Shown here one piece after another: positions 36,554 through 46,386 of a stretch of DNA of 64,000 nucleotides; position 1 is the first letter of the stretch; the number at the start of each line of letters is the position of its first letter. Source of the stretch: a bacterium. GTDB lineage: Bacteria; Patescibacteriota; Minisyncoccia; UBA6257; GWB1-50-10. The notes beneath the pieces are model-generated. The model was not told where the DNA came from and did not search any database. It saw nothing but the letters and a program-made list of their open reading frames with translations. Position numbers and translations under genes: made by a program. The stretch is taken from assembly GCA_021814545.1 (NCBI GenBank), contig JAKAID010000002.1, forward strand, positions 7,009 to 71,008, given 5' to 3'.

Positions 36554-36586
36554 GCGGTGGTCTCATCCTATCACAAACAGATGATG

Positions 36587-36937
36587 CTACTCCATCCTGC
36601 GCTTTTTTCGGCGAACGTCCTTTTCGAGGGACCGCTCTTTATATTTACGCAATTCGAGCTTCAAGAGGTCTTTTATCTCGTCTATCGCTGCGCGCGCATC
36701 CGAGTGCTCTGCGTCCACGCATATTGTTTTCCCCGGCAACCCGAGGGTCACCTCCGCATAGAACACATTGCCGTGAGTGTGGTGCTTGCTCGTGCGCGCA
36801 AGCTCGCAAAATGCGGTTACCTCATCGTTCTCCTCGAACCGTGAAACAATGTCGGCGCACGCCCCTATCTTCTCCTCGATGTACTCCTTGATTGCGGGAG
36901 TAAGCTCAAGTTTGCTGCCCATAATATTTATCTTCAT
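36587..36937 (-). CDS. hpf: Ribosome hibernation promoting factor / RaiA
   Basis: MKINIMGSKLELTPAIKEYIEEK...HHTHGNVFYAEV. Confidence 0.8.
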   Translation of the reverse strand: MKINIMGSKLELTPAIKEYIEEKIGACADIVSRFEENDEVTAFCELARTSKHHTHGNVFYAEVTLGLPGKTICVDAEHSDARAAIDEIKDLLKLELRKYKERSLEKDVRRKKRRME

Positions 36938-36989
36938 GTGGATAATTATACGCTATAAAAACACGGGCGCGGAGCCCGTGTTTTTCTGT

Positions 36990-38708
36990 TCAGAATGTTG
37001 GCGGCGTAGGAAGAGGTGCAGCGGGCGCGAATCCTCCACCCGTACCCGGCATCGTGGCGCCTGGCGCGCCTCCGGGAACAGCCGGCGCAAATTGCTGCAT
37101 CATGCACTGCCGTACCCTGTCTTGAAAGTCCGCGGGGGGCGTCACTTCGCCGCTTTTCATCCTGTCGAAGAAATCCTCTCCATAGGCAGTTTTGAGGCAG
37201 CCCTCTGCCTGTGAGGGAAGCTGCGGCATTGGCGCAGCGCGCGGCATCATGGGGATTGCGGGCACCGGAATACCACCGGGGAGCCCGGGCGTTCCCGTTC
37301 CGGCGGTCGGCCCTCCTTGCGCCGCGCTCCCCGGAATGCGCGGTCCGAATTCTTGCGCACAACCCTGAATAACCTCCTGAAGGTTCGCGGGGGGCTCCTG
37401 CACACTCGAAAGGTCGCCAAGCTTTTCTTTGACGCATGCCTGCATCGCGCGCGGCATTTGCTGCATGCGCTCCTGCGTCACGCCCTGCACCCGCTCGCCC
37501 TCGCGCGCCATGCTCTCAAAACACGCGCGCAATGCGTCGCCTTTTTCTGGCGAGGGCGCGTCGCCTGCGCGTATCTTCTGAAGGTCTATCGTCCCCACAT
37601 TCTTTTCGATACAGTCCATGACCGCAGGCGGTGCCATCTTAAGCCCCTGTTCAAGCTTGTCCTTTACCTTTGCCATCTGGCTTTCAAAGCATGATTGTAC
37701 CGCCTCACCCACCCGTTCCGCGGGCGTAAGCGTTCCGCTTTGTATCTTTCCGATAATATCCTCACCCAAACTCGCGCGGAGGCACGCCTTCACCTCTTCC
37801 GGCGCCTGTGCAACACCCACGCGCAAACGGCCCATGCCGTCCTTAATTTCCTGCACCTTATCCTGCGAAAGAATGCCGTGTTCCTCTGCGAATGCTAAAC
37901 ACTCATCCGCATGTTCTGATGCATTGCAATATGCGTCACACGCTTCTTTTGATGAACATCCTCCCGGTCCCCTGCCTCCCGTCTTCTTCGCTATCGCAAG
38001 GTCCTCGGGCGAAATAAGCTTCGCCTTCTCGGCGAACGCGATACATTCATCGAAATGGTCGGGGCTCGCGCAATACGCCTCGCAAGAATCCTTTGAGGTG
38101 CATCTGCCGGGCGTCTCGCCGCTCTGCACGAACGCGGTCATCTGCCTTGCCCGTGCGAGCTCCTCGGGAGACAACGTCCCCGCGCGCTCCGCAAATGCCA
38201 AGCACTCATCCGCATGCCCTCCGCCGCTGCAGTATGCCTCGCACTGGTCTTTTGTCTTGCATCCGCCCGGCATCGTTGCGCCCGCCTTGAGCGCGGCGTT
38301 CACGCGGCGCATTTCCGAAAGGTCCGCGTCCGAAACAATGCCATGTGATTCCGCGAATGCGATGCACGCATCAAGGTGCGTCACATCCGCACAATACGCA
38401 CGGCAAGAAGCCTCATCCTTGCACCCGCCAGGACCCGCACCGCGGAGTACGTCCGCGAATTTCCTTGCACGAGTCGCCTCCTCTTTCGATATCAAATTAT
38501 GCGCCTCGCCGAAATCAGTACATGCCGCAATGTGCGCGCTATCCGCGCAGTATACCTTACAATCAGCTTGGTCCTTACAATTGCCAAGCTCAGGGATAGG
38601 GAACGTGAGTGGCGCCGTCTGTGCGTGCGCCGCGATGCCCGCACCAAATACGACACCAAGCGCAATAATAAAGAATGGAAGAGCGTTCTTGAATGAAAAA
38701 GTGTTCAT
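36990..38708 (-). CDS. Secreted repeat protein: five ~40-aa Cys-rich repeats, two helical repeats, and a Pro/Gly-rich tail
   Basis: Signal peptide MNTFSFKNALPFFIIALGVVFGAGIAAHA. Repeat unit GGCKDxxxCxAYCxxxxHxDECxAFAExHGIxS, five copies. Start taken at the internal ATG. Confidence 0.6.
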   Translation of the reverse strand: MNTFSFKNALPFFIIALGVVFGAGIAAHAQTAPLTFPIPELGNCKDQADCKVYCADSAHIAACTDFGEAHNLISKEEATRARKFADVLRGAGPGGCKDEASCRAYCADVTHLDACIAFAESHGIVSDADLSEMRRVNAALKAGATMPGGCKTKDQCEAYCSGGGHADECLAFAERAGTLSPEELARARQMTAFVQSGETPGRCTSKDSCEAYCASPDHFDECIAFAEKAKLISPEDLAIAKKTGGRGPGGCSSKEACDAYCNASEHADECLAFAEEHGILSQDKVQEIKDGMGRLRVGVAQAPEEVKACLRASLGEDIIGKIQSGTLTPAERVGEAVQSCFESQMAKVKDKLEQGLKMAPPAVMDCIEKNVGTIDLQKIRAGDAPSPEKGDALRACFESMAREGERVQGVTQERMQQMPRAMQACVKEKLGDLSSVQEPPANLQEVIQGCAQEFGPRIPGSAAQGGPTAGTGTPGLPGGIPVPAIPMMPRAAPMPQLPSQAEGCLKTAYGEDFFDRMKSGEVTPPADFQDRVRQCMMQQFAPAVPGGAPGATMPGTGGGFAPAAPLPTPPTF

Positions 38709-38715
38709 AAGAAAA

Positions 38716-38982
38716 TTACTGTCCAAAAGGATTTTGGTACGCGCCCTCGTAGGGGTTCGTGCCGGCCTTGAGCGGATTCGTGCTCGGAAGATTGCTCGCG
38801 GGGTTCGGCTGCGCCTGCTCGAATATTGTTCCGCCCAAGCCCGCATCGCTCGGCTGCTCTATTTTCTGTGGAACCGCGGAAGCCGCGGGGGCACCGGGTG
38901 CGAACGGCTGAGAAAGATACCACCACGCCCCCATCACGACCACTATGGCGGCGACGATCGCGTACAGTAACCACTTGCTCAT
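38716..38982 (-). CDS. Small membrane-anchored Pro/Ala-rich protein
   Basis: 88 aa with an N-terminal TM helix. Confidence 0.4.
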   Translation of the reverse strand: MSKWLLYAIVAAIVVVMGAWWYLSQPFAPGAPAASAVPQKIEQPSDAGLGGTIFEQAQPNPASNLPSTNPLKAGTNPYEGAYQNPFGQ

Positions 38983-39063
38983 ACTTGCATTATAGCATCA
39001 GCAGTTTCTCACATTTGAAAGTCCGCGCACAGGGGTGCGGGTTACTGCGGGGGTGCATAGAAA

Positions 39064-39684
39064 CTACCGTACGGGAGACTCGCACACGGTAAGGAGCGAA
39101 GCGTTCTCAAATTTATAGTATGTCGTGCTCAATCCCCGCTTTTCCTCGGGGGTAAGACCGGAGGACATCTGCGCGGGTGGGTTTATTATCATAAGCGCAC
39201 TGTCCTTTTGAAAGCGCACTCCGTATATCGAGTTGACGTCGTAGACGATGATGCGCCCGGTTTTTGCATCGAGGATGACATCGCACTTCGCGCCACAGCC
39301 GTTCTCCACGACCGTGTAGCGCCCCGCAAAATTAGGTCCCGTTTTTGCGCCCTCTATGAGCGTTTGCCGATATTCTGCGGGCACATCGTAGGTCGAAAAA
39401 TCCACTGCGGCGGGGATACCGGTCCATGGGGCCTCCTGGAGCTTGAACTGCTCGAAGGTAATGCCCGAGCATTCGTTCGGTATCTGCTCAACAATGGCGA
39501 GACCCTTTCGTATCTCACAACGGCGCGGCGTAGTATTGAGCACCTTGTATCCCGCATTCACGCACTCCTGAAAGTTCGTGACGAGTGGCCGGTCCTTCGG
39601 GAAAAAGTACACAACGAACGCGATGCCAAGTATGGCAACGGTAAGCGTAGCGATCGCAACAAGAAAGCGCATGCGACGAGACAT
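39064..39684 (-). CDS. Hypothetical membrane-anchored protein
   Basis: 206 aa with an N-terminal TM helix and several Cys residues. Confidence 0.5.
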   Translation of the reverse strand: MSRRMRFLVAIATLTVAILGIAFVVYFFPKDRPLVTNFQECVNAGYKVLNTTPRRCEIRKGLAIVEQIPNECSGITFEQFKLQEAPWTGIPAAVDFSTYDVPAEYRQTLIEGAKTGPNFAGRYTVVENGCGAKCDVILDAKTGRIIVYDVNSIYGVRFQKDSALMIINPPAQMSSGLTPEEKRGLSTTYYKFENASLLTVCESPVR

Positions 39685-39729
39685 GGCTCTATTATACCAC
39701 TACGCCGCGCAATGCGCGGCGTAGTTCAT

Positions 39730-41565
39730 TTACTTCGTTCCCTTTGCATCCCGCTCTGCCTTCTTGCGGTCGCTCTCCTTCAAGTATGTTTTCCTGATGC
39801 GGATATTTTTCGGCGTCACCTCCACAAGCTCATCGTCGCCGATATAATCAAGTGCGTCCTCGAGTCCCATCTCGCGGGGCACATCAAGCGTTTCCTGAAT
39901 ACCGAAGTTCTTCGTGCGGAAGTTCGTAAGCTCCTTCGTGCGGCAGATGTTCACGAGAATATCGTCAGCCTTCGCATTCTGCCCGATAACCATGCCCTCG
40001 TATACCTCAACCGCGGGACCGATGAACAGGGGGCCGCGGCCCTGTGCCGTAATAAGTCCGTAGCTGTTCGAAACACCCGACTCAGAACTAACAAGCGAAC
40101 CGTGGGGCTCCGCCGGCAAATCACCCTTGTACTGCTCATACCCAAGGAAAAGGCTGTTCATAATTCCCTTGCCCTTCGTGCTCGTAAGGAACGCATTGCG
40201 GATACCGATAAGACCGCGCGTGGGAACAGTAAAATCCATGTGCGTCGTACCGCGGTCCACCCGCATATCTTTCATGGCGCCGAGCCTGCGGCCCATCATC
40301 TCAATGATGGTTCCGCCAAACTCTTCGGGAACTTCGAACGAAACAAGTTCAATAGGTTCCGTTTTCTTGCCCTCGTGTTCGCGAAAAATAACCTGCGGTT
40401 TTGAAACTTCAAGTTCGTATCCCTCGCGACGCATCTTCTCAATAATAATGGAAAGGTGGAGCTCTCCGCGGCCCGCGACAGTCCATTTATCAGGAGAATC
40501 GGTAGGCGTAACCGAGAGCGCTACATCCGTTTCAAGCTCGTGCTGAAGCCGCTCACGCAAATTGCGTGAGGTCGAGTATTGGCCCTCTTTTCCGGTGAAA
40601 GGTGAGGTATTCACACCGAACACCATTTTGATGGTCGGCTCATCGATGGTGATGGGCGGCAACGGCATCGGATTCTCAATGTCGGTGATGGTCTCGCCGA
40701 TCGAAACATCATCGATACCCGCGATACCCACAATGTCTCCCGCGCCGACCGACTCCACGTCAACGCGCTTCATGCCCTCGAAACCGAGCACGGATGAAAT
40801 CTGCATCTTCTTCATCTCGCCCTTGCGGTTCACGTGCATCACCTGCGCGCCCTTTTTGAGCGTCCCCGCATAGAGTCGGCCGACAGCAATCTTTCCCTTA
40901 TAGTTATCGTAAAACAAGCTGACCGTGAGCATCTGAAGCGGATTCGTCTCGGAAATCTTGGGACCGGGAATATATTTCACGATTGCATCGAAAAGCGGCA
41001 CGACATCCGTCATCGTCGAAAGGTCCGCGGTAAGTCCCGCCTTGCCCTGTGCGCCCGCCGCGTAAATCACTGGGAAATTCGACTGCTCATCCGACGCGCC
41101 AAGCTCGATAAAAAGGTCGAACGTCTGGTCAAGCGCCCACATCGGACGCGCATCGGGCTTGTCGATTTTGTTCACCACCACAATAACCTTGTGGCCTGCC
41201 TGAATTGCCTTGCGCAATACGAACTTCGTCTGCGGCATCGGGCCTTCTTTTGCATCAACGAGGAGCAGCACGCCGTCCACCATGCGCATGATGCGCTCCA
41301 CCTCGCCGCCGAAATCGGCGTGCCCCGGGGTATCAACGATATTTATCTTCAATCCCTTGTAATGGATAGAGGCGTTCTTTGAAAAAATAGTAATGCCGCG
41401 CTCGCGCTCGAGCTCGTTCGAATCCATCATAAGGTCGCCCGTCTCATCTGCTTTAAGGCGGAAGTTCTCTGACTGCTTCAAAAGCGCATCAACGAGGGTC
41501 GTTTTCCCGTGGTCGACGTGCGCGATGATGGCGATATTTCTGATGTCGTCTCTCGTTTTTTCCAT
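39730..41565 (-). CDS. typA: Translational GTPase TypA/BipA
   Basis: [28 protein letters not shown], and an EF-G-like domain layout. Confidence 0.9.
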   Translation of the reverse strand: MEKTRDDIRNIAIIAHVDHGKTTLVDALLKQSENFRLKADETGDLMMDSNELERERGITIFSKNASIHYKGLKINIVDTPGHADFGGEVERIMRMVDGVLLLVDAKEGPMPQTKFVLRKAIQAGHKVIVVVNKIDKPDARPMWALDQTFDLFIELGASDEQSNFPVIYAAGAQGKAGLTADLSTMTDVVPLFDAIVKYIPGPKISETNPLQMLTVSLFYDNYKGKIAVGRLYAGTLKKGAQVMHVNRKGEMKKMQISSVLGFEGMKRVDVESVGAGDIVGIAGIDDVSIGETITDIENPMPLPPITIDEPTIKMVFGVNTSPFTGKEGQYSTSRNLRERLQHELETDVALSVTPTDSPDKWTVAGRGELHLSIIIEKMRREGYELEVSKPQVIFREHEGKKTEPIELVSFEVPEEFGGTIIEMMGRRLGAMKDMRVDRGTTHMDFTVPTRGLIGIRNAFLTSTKGKGIMNSLFLGYEQYKGDLPAEPHGSLVSSESGVSNSYGLITAQGRGPLFIGPAVEVYEGMVIGQNAKADDILVNICRTKELTNFRTKNFGIQETLDVPREMGLEDALDYIGDDELVEVTPKNIRIRKTYLKESDRKKAERDAKGTK

Positions 41566-41642
41566 TGTGGAGAAATAAATATGCCTCGCACGAGGCTACG
41601 TACGATATAGTACGCATATTTTGCGCTCCTGTCAAAGCGAAG

Positions 41643-42398
41643 TTACCCCTTCACCGCCTCCATATAAAAGAAGAGAGGTATCTCTTTGCGTATCTTGTTT
41701 TCCGCGACCGCGCGTGCGCCGGGCTCGCTCGTTTTATGTGAGAGCCACTCTTCCACGCTGCGGACGAGGAGACCGCTCTTCCGTAAAAATTTGAAATACA
41801 CCTGGAGCGGTCGGTGGAACGAGAGGGTGACCTCCTCTGGCCTATCCCCCGGGTGCATCTGAATTTTCACCGTACTCTCCGACATATACCCATCGATGCG
41901 GCGATACTGCGCTTTTTGTTCCTCATCCCAGCCCCAGCTCGAGCGCTTCGGAACGCGGAACGCCGGATGATTCATTACAATATGGAGCGAACCCTTCGGT
42001 TTCAGGGCACGCGCGCATTCAGCAAGCGCCTTCTGGGCATCCTCAATATTTTGAATAGCAAGCACGAGCACTATCTTATCGACACTCCCATCAGGGATGA
42101 AATCGAGCTTCGTCGCGGGTGCCACGTGATAGGTGATGTTGAGTGAGGGCTGTTTTTTCGCGAGCGCGATAAGGTCTTTCGCCACATCAACGGCAATGAC
42201 TTTCGCGCCCGCTTCCGCGAACACGCGCGAGAAAAATCCCGAGCCGCACGCGAGATCCAAAATAACGTCCCCCGCCTTGGGCGCTACCGCGCGCCGCAAA
42301 TTCGGGAGCACTACCTCCTTCTGATAACTCCCCTCTTTCTCTACGAGTTCGCCGTACCACTCGGCAACATTTCCCCATGAGGTCCGTTTTTGTGCCAT
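41643..42398 (-). CDS. Class I SAM-dependent methyltransferase
   Basis: VILDLACGSGFFS motif I. Start taken at MAQKRTSW. Confidence 0.75.
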   Translation of the reverse strand: MAQKRTSWGNVAEWYGELVEKEGSYQKEVVLPNLRRAVAPKAGDVILDLACGSGFFSRVFAEAGAKVIAVDVAKDLIALAKKQPSLNITYHVAPATKLDFIPDGSVDKIVLVLAIQNIEDAQKALAECARALKPKGSLHIVMNHPAFRVPKRSSWGWDEEQKAQYRRIDGYMSESTVKIQMHPGDRPEEVTLSFHRPLQVYFKFLRKSGLLVRSVEEWLSHKTSEPGARAVAENKIRKEIPLFFYMEAVKG

Positions 42399-42493
42399 AT
42401 TGCTTGCCTCAACTATAGATTGGCGCAAGGCTTGCGTCAAAGCAAACAAGGGGATTAGTATGGGCAATAGCACCTGCAAAAAGGAGGCAGCAC

Positions 42494-42760
42494 ATGCTGG
42501 ACAACGACTTGGACCCGAAGGGCCGAATGGTGCGCCAGAACTTTCGCGCGCGCACGATGAAGCTGCGCGAGGACATCGAGAAGGTGCCTCTCTCCGCTTT
42601 CCACTTCGGCGACCTCGAGGCGCTCCTCACGCTCGCGGGTGCCTTCCCCGATCGCCAGCTTCGGGAGGTGCACCTCATGCAGCTCGAGACGCGCATCCGC
42701 GAATACCGCACGCGGGTAGATGAAGAGTTCCACGAGCGCATGCGGCGGGGACCGTTCTAA
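42494..42760 (+). CDS. Small hypothetical protein (88 aa)
   Basis: AAGGAGG SD 7 nt upstream. A terminator follows the gene. Confidence 0.45.
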   Translation: MLDNDLDPKGRMVRQNFRARTMKLREDIEKVPLSAFHFGDLEALLTLAGAFPDRQLREVHLMQLETRIREYRTRVDEEFHERMRRGPF

Positions 42761-42761
42761 C

Positions 42762-42806
42762 CCCCACCGCTCACCCCCGCACTACGCGGGGGTTTTTGTT
42801 TAGACC
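42762..42806. terminator. Bidirectional rho-independent terminator
   Basis: CCCCCGCactaCGCGGGGG followed by TTTTTGTTT, lying between convergent genes. Confidence 0.5.
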
Positions 42807-45800
42807 TTGCCCTGTATAAGGTCATCCTCGAACGTAAGAACCCCCTTATAAGTTCGCTCATAGTTTGTTATATCGGGAAAATCGAGCGAGATAATCCTGT
42901 GGTAGACCGCGTTCACAAGTTTGACGAGCCGTGCCTCGTCCTCCGCGGTCGGTACGTATTCCAGCAGAACCCGTTCACCCTCATCGGCAACTCCCTCAAC
43001 GAATTCAAGCGCAAGCGCGGCAACCGGCATCCGCTTCCGAGAGGAACGATCGAGCAGCAACTTATAAAAGACGAGCTGCTGCTTATAATTATGTAATTTG
43101 ATTTTGTCCGTATCCGAGGTCGCGTTCCACGACCGGCATACTTTCCCCGTCTTAAAATCAATCACGCGGAACGCACCGTCATCGACACGGAGAAGGTCCA
43201 GGCGGCCGCCAACGGGCGCATCACCGATTACAACCCCATCGTTCCCGAGGTCAACCTGTGCCTCGTCATCACTTCTAAATTCATCGCGCAGCGCATAATA
43301 GCGCGTGAGAACCTTCTCCCCTCGCTCGCGCTGGCGCCTCGCTTCAACGTCCGGCAACCGGCCTCGCGCAAGCTTCCGCTCGAACACGCCAAGCATATGG
43401 GATAACTCGCACGCGACCCCGTGATACTTCGGATAATTGATGAGCTCGGTTAAGGCCGCATCGATTGCAGAGCCAAACACGCCCGGTGCGCTCATCGGCT
43501 GCGGGAAACGCAACAAGTCCTGCTCAACGAAATACAGAGGCCCCCCTTTGGCCACATTCACAAAATTGTTGAGATGCGTCACTGAAAGTTTGTATCCCTC
43601 GGTCACCCGCGCAAGCACTGCGCGCTCATCCTCGCGGTAGGGTGGCGTTACCAGCGCGAGCGCATTCTCGTGCGCGCGCACCACGCCCTCGTCTACCTCA
43701 GCAGACTCGGAAGATTCTCTCTCCTCGTTCGCGCCGGGAAGATAGCGAAGCAGTGTATCGTGGCCGGAAATATGGAGGGTGTGTTTTGCACGCGTGACCG
43801 CCACGTACAAAAGACGGATAAAATCATCTTCTTCATCGCCCGCGGGCGAAATAACGGGCGCGATGGGTGCAGGCAGGGTCACCTTATTTTTCTTTCTGCT
43901 GCTCGTCCACACATCGTCGTGGGCGCCAATAATGAACACGGAACCGAATTCCAATCCCTTTGCTCCATGCGCGGTCATCAAAAGCACAGAACGCTCGGAC
44001 CGGATGACGGGCGACTCGCATACGAGCGACACCTGCGCTGCGCGATGCAACTCAACGAACACGCCGACATCGCGGACAAAAAGCGGTTTTCCTTCGTGCC
44101 ATTCACGAAGCGCGCCGATGAAGGTGCGGAGCGAAGCAAGAAAACTCACATACGACACGGGCCGCTCATGAATGGAAGCGCGGCTGAAATAATGGTCGCG
44201 AAAGCCGGAACGCTGCATGTATTCATCCAAAAGATGCTCGAGCGGCACCGAGTCCGCGCGCACGCCAAGGTCGCCTAAAAGGTCCATCGCCTTGGCGACG
44301 TTCGGGTCGCCGCAATCACGCGCGACACTCGGCCATGAACGGTGTGTGTCTTTTGCCTTAATCGCAATATCAAAAAGCACCGCGCGAGAAATATTAAAAT
44401 ACGGGAACGACAAGAGTGTCGGGAGAAGGTCGTCGCGGCGCCCCCCTTTTGCGTTCACGGACGCCACGAATTCGCACATAGTAACAAGTTCGCTAATGTG
44501 CGGCTCGTCGAACACGTTCGCTCTTCGCATATACTCGTACCGCACTCCCTCGTGATCAAGATACGGCAGTATCTGCTGTAATATTTTATGCTCGCGTGCG
44601 ATTATCGCTATCTCACGCGGGTCGCCTCCCGCGTCAATGAGCTGATGAATCTTCCGTGCAATGTTCGAATATTCTTCCGAATCGGAAGCGAATCGCGTTA
44701 CCTCCACATTCCCTGCGGACAACGACGTATTCCCCTGCGAAAGCACCTTAGGGAGCGCGGGCGAAGCGGAAGATTCAAGACGGTTCTTCCCTTGCAGCAC
44801 AATGCTGCGCGCATAATCCAAAATAGTCTGATGCGAGCGATAATTCACATCAAGCACGATCGTTCTCACGCCGCGGTACGTGCGTTCATGGAAATCAATG
44901 ATATTTGAAAGCTCTGCGCCCTGGAATTTATAAATTGCCTGGTCGTCGTCACCCACTACCATCACGTTCGGCCTCCCTTCATGCACCGGGTTTGAGGTAA
45001 TAGCACGCACCAGGTTCATCTGCGCCTCGTTGGTGTCCTGGAACTCGTCTATCAAGACGTGCTGATATTTTTCTTCAAGTTCATTGCGAATCGCGTGCGC
45101 GCGCTTCAGGGCGTGCACGACCTCAATAATCATGTCGTCGTAGTCGTACAACCCACGGGCGTGCAATGCATCTTCATACTCGCGATAGAACTCCGCGACC
45201 GCGCGCACCATCGCCACGCGCGCGGTGTCCTTCAATATGAACGCGTCGCCCTCTTTCTCAAAAAATTTCTTTTTCCACTCCCCGATTGCCTCGGTTTTCC
45301 CGTCGGATTCTGCGAACTTCACCGCATCGTTCAACGTTCGTGCAAGATACGCTCCGTAGGTGCTCCGCAGCCCCATAAGCGCATCATGGACTGTGTGGAC
45401 CACATCAAGCTTTTTAATCGAAAGGCGCGCGGGCCAATCGCTCATCGCCTTGTTCACCGCAGCATGCTCGCTGATGAGCCGTTCGACTAAATCCGCATAT
45501 TCTTCCGGCGTGTAACCGCCACCCTTAATATGCTTGATGCGCTCAACGATATCGCGGCGGTACGCGTACCCAAGCTCCGAATGGCGACTCGCAAGTGGAT
45601 GACCATGAGGAAGTTTCGCGAATAATTCATCGATGATCTCCGCACGCTCAAGGTCTCCCGCAAGTGAATAAGAAGCAGCGCTGTAGAAGCTTTCCGGATA
45701 GCGCGAGATGATAGAATTGCAGAACGCGTGGAACGTGTAGATACCCACGCGATACGCATCCTGCCCAATAAATGCGCGAAGACGCTCGCGCATAGCGAAG

Positions 45801-46009
45801 GCTCCCGCCTCGGTAAAGGTTAAACAAAGAATGTTGCCAGGCGCCGCGTCGGTCTTCCGAAGAATATTGACTACGCGCAATGCAAGCACCTGCGTTTTCC
45901 CCGTGCCGGGGCCAGCGACCACCATCACCGGGCCCTCAATAGCGTCAACCGCCTCGCGTTGGGCGGCGTTCAATTTTTTATAGCGTGCATCAAATGCGGC
46001 GGTATCCAT
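42800..46009 (-). CDS. UvrD/PcrA-type helicase fused to a C-terminal PD-(D/E)xK (RecB-like) nuclease, AddA-like
   Basis: N-terminal AGPGTGKTQVL Walker A, helicase motifs, and a C-terminal ...VIDFKTGK...YKQQL nuclease motif. Start taken at MDTAAFD. Confidence 0.85.
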   Translation of the reverse strand: MDTAAFDARYKKLNAAQREAVDAIEGPVMVVAGPGTGKTQVLALRVVNILRKTDAAPGNILCLTFTEAGAFAMRERLRAFIGQDAYRVGIYTFHAFCNSIISRYPESFYSAASYSLAGDLERAEIIDELFAKLPHGHPLASRHSELGYAYRRDIVERIKHIKGGGYTPEEYADLVERLISEHAAVNKAMSDWPARLSIKKLDVVHTVHDALMGLRSTYGAYLARTLNDAVKFAESDGKTEAIGEWKKKFFEKEGDAFILKDTARVAMVRAVAEFYREYEDALHARGLYDYDDMIIEVVHALKRAHAIRNELEEKYQHVLIDEFQDTNEAQMNLVRAITSNPVHEGRPNVMVVGDDDQAIYKFQGAELSNIIDFHERTYRGVRTIVLDVNYRSHQTILDYARSIVLQGKNRLESSASPALPKVLSQGNTSLSAGNVEVTRFASDSEEYSNIARKIHQLIDAGGDPREIAIIAREHKILQQILPYLDHEGVRYEYMRRANVFDEPHISELVTMCEFVASVNAKGGRRDDLLPTLLSFPYFNISRAVLFDIAIKAKDTHRSWPSVARDCGDPNVAKAMDLLGDLGVRADSVPLEHLLDEYMQRSGFRDHYFSRASIHERPVSYVSFLASLRTFIGALREWHEGKPLFVRDVGVFVELHRAAQVSLVCESPVIRSERSVLLMTAHGAKGLEFGSVFIIGAHDDVWTSSRKKNKVTLPAPIAPVISPAGDEEDDFIRLLYVAVTRAKHTLHISGHDTLLRYLPGANEERESSESAEVDEGVVRAHENALALVTPPYREDERAVLARVTEGYKLSVTHLNNFVNVAKGGPLYFVEQDLLRFPQPMSAPGVFGSAIDAALTELINYPKYHGVACELSHMLGVFERKLARGRLPDVEARRQRERGEKVLTRYYALRDEFRSDDEAQVDLGNDGVVIGDAPVGGRLDLLRVDDGAFRVIDFKTGKVCRSWNATSDTDKIKLHNYKQQLVFYKLLLDRSSRKRMPVAALALEFVEGVADEGERVLLEYVPTAEDEARLVKLVNAVYHRIISLDFPDITNYERTYKGVLTFEDDLIQGKV

Positions 46010-46037
46010 CCGCTCTATACTACCACCAGAGCGCGCT

Positions 46038-46346
46038 CTATCGGAAGAGAAGGAGGAGCGCCGCGCCGCCGAACATGACATGCGGCGGCGCTACTCTGCC
46101 CACCGGATGCATTTCGTGGTCAAAGACATGCCCGTCGGAATGCACCTCGCCCACCGGATGCATTTCGTGGTCAAAGACATGCCCGTCGTCCTTAACTTCC
46201 CCAAGGGGACGGTCATTCACATCGAACACGTGGCCGTCGTTCGTGATATGCCCGATAGGCCGGTCATCGATATTAAAAACATGCGCCTCGCTATTGACGC
46301 CTCCGACCGGATGGCCGTTCATCAACTCAATATTCATCTGGGACAT
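46038..46346 (-). CDS. Small repeat protein with five 'DGHVFD-(x)n-RP[IL]G' units
   Basis: MSQMNIELMNGHPVGG...HVFNIDDRPIG / DGHVFDVNDRPLG / DGHVFDHEMHPVG, twice. Encoded by DNA direct repeats. Confidence 0.5.
   Translation of the reverse strand: MSQMNIELMNGHPVGGVNSEAHVFNIDDRPIGHITNDGHVFDVNDRPLGEVKDDGHVFDHEMHPVGEVHSDGHVFDHEMHPVGRVAPPHVMFGGAALLLLFR
46099..46188. repeat. Perfect 39-bp direct repeat, two copies at 51-bp spacing, inside the repeat-protein gene
   Basis: cccaccggatgcatttcgtggtcaaagacatgcccgtcg occurs at 46099-46137 and again at 46150-46188. Confidence 0.7.
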
Positions 46347-46386
46347 ATGCCCATAGTATAGCGTCTCTGCCGAGCTGAGAACAATA

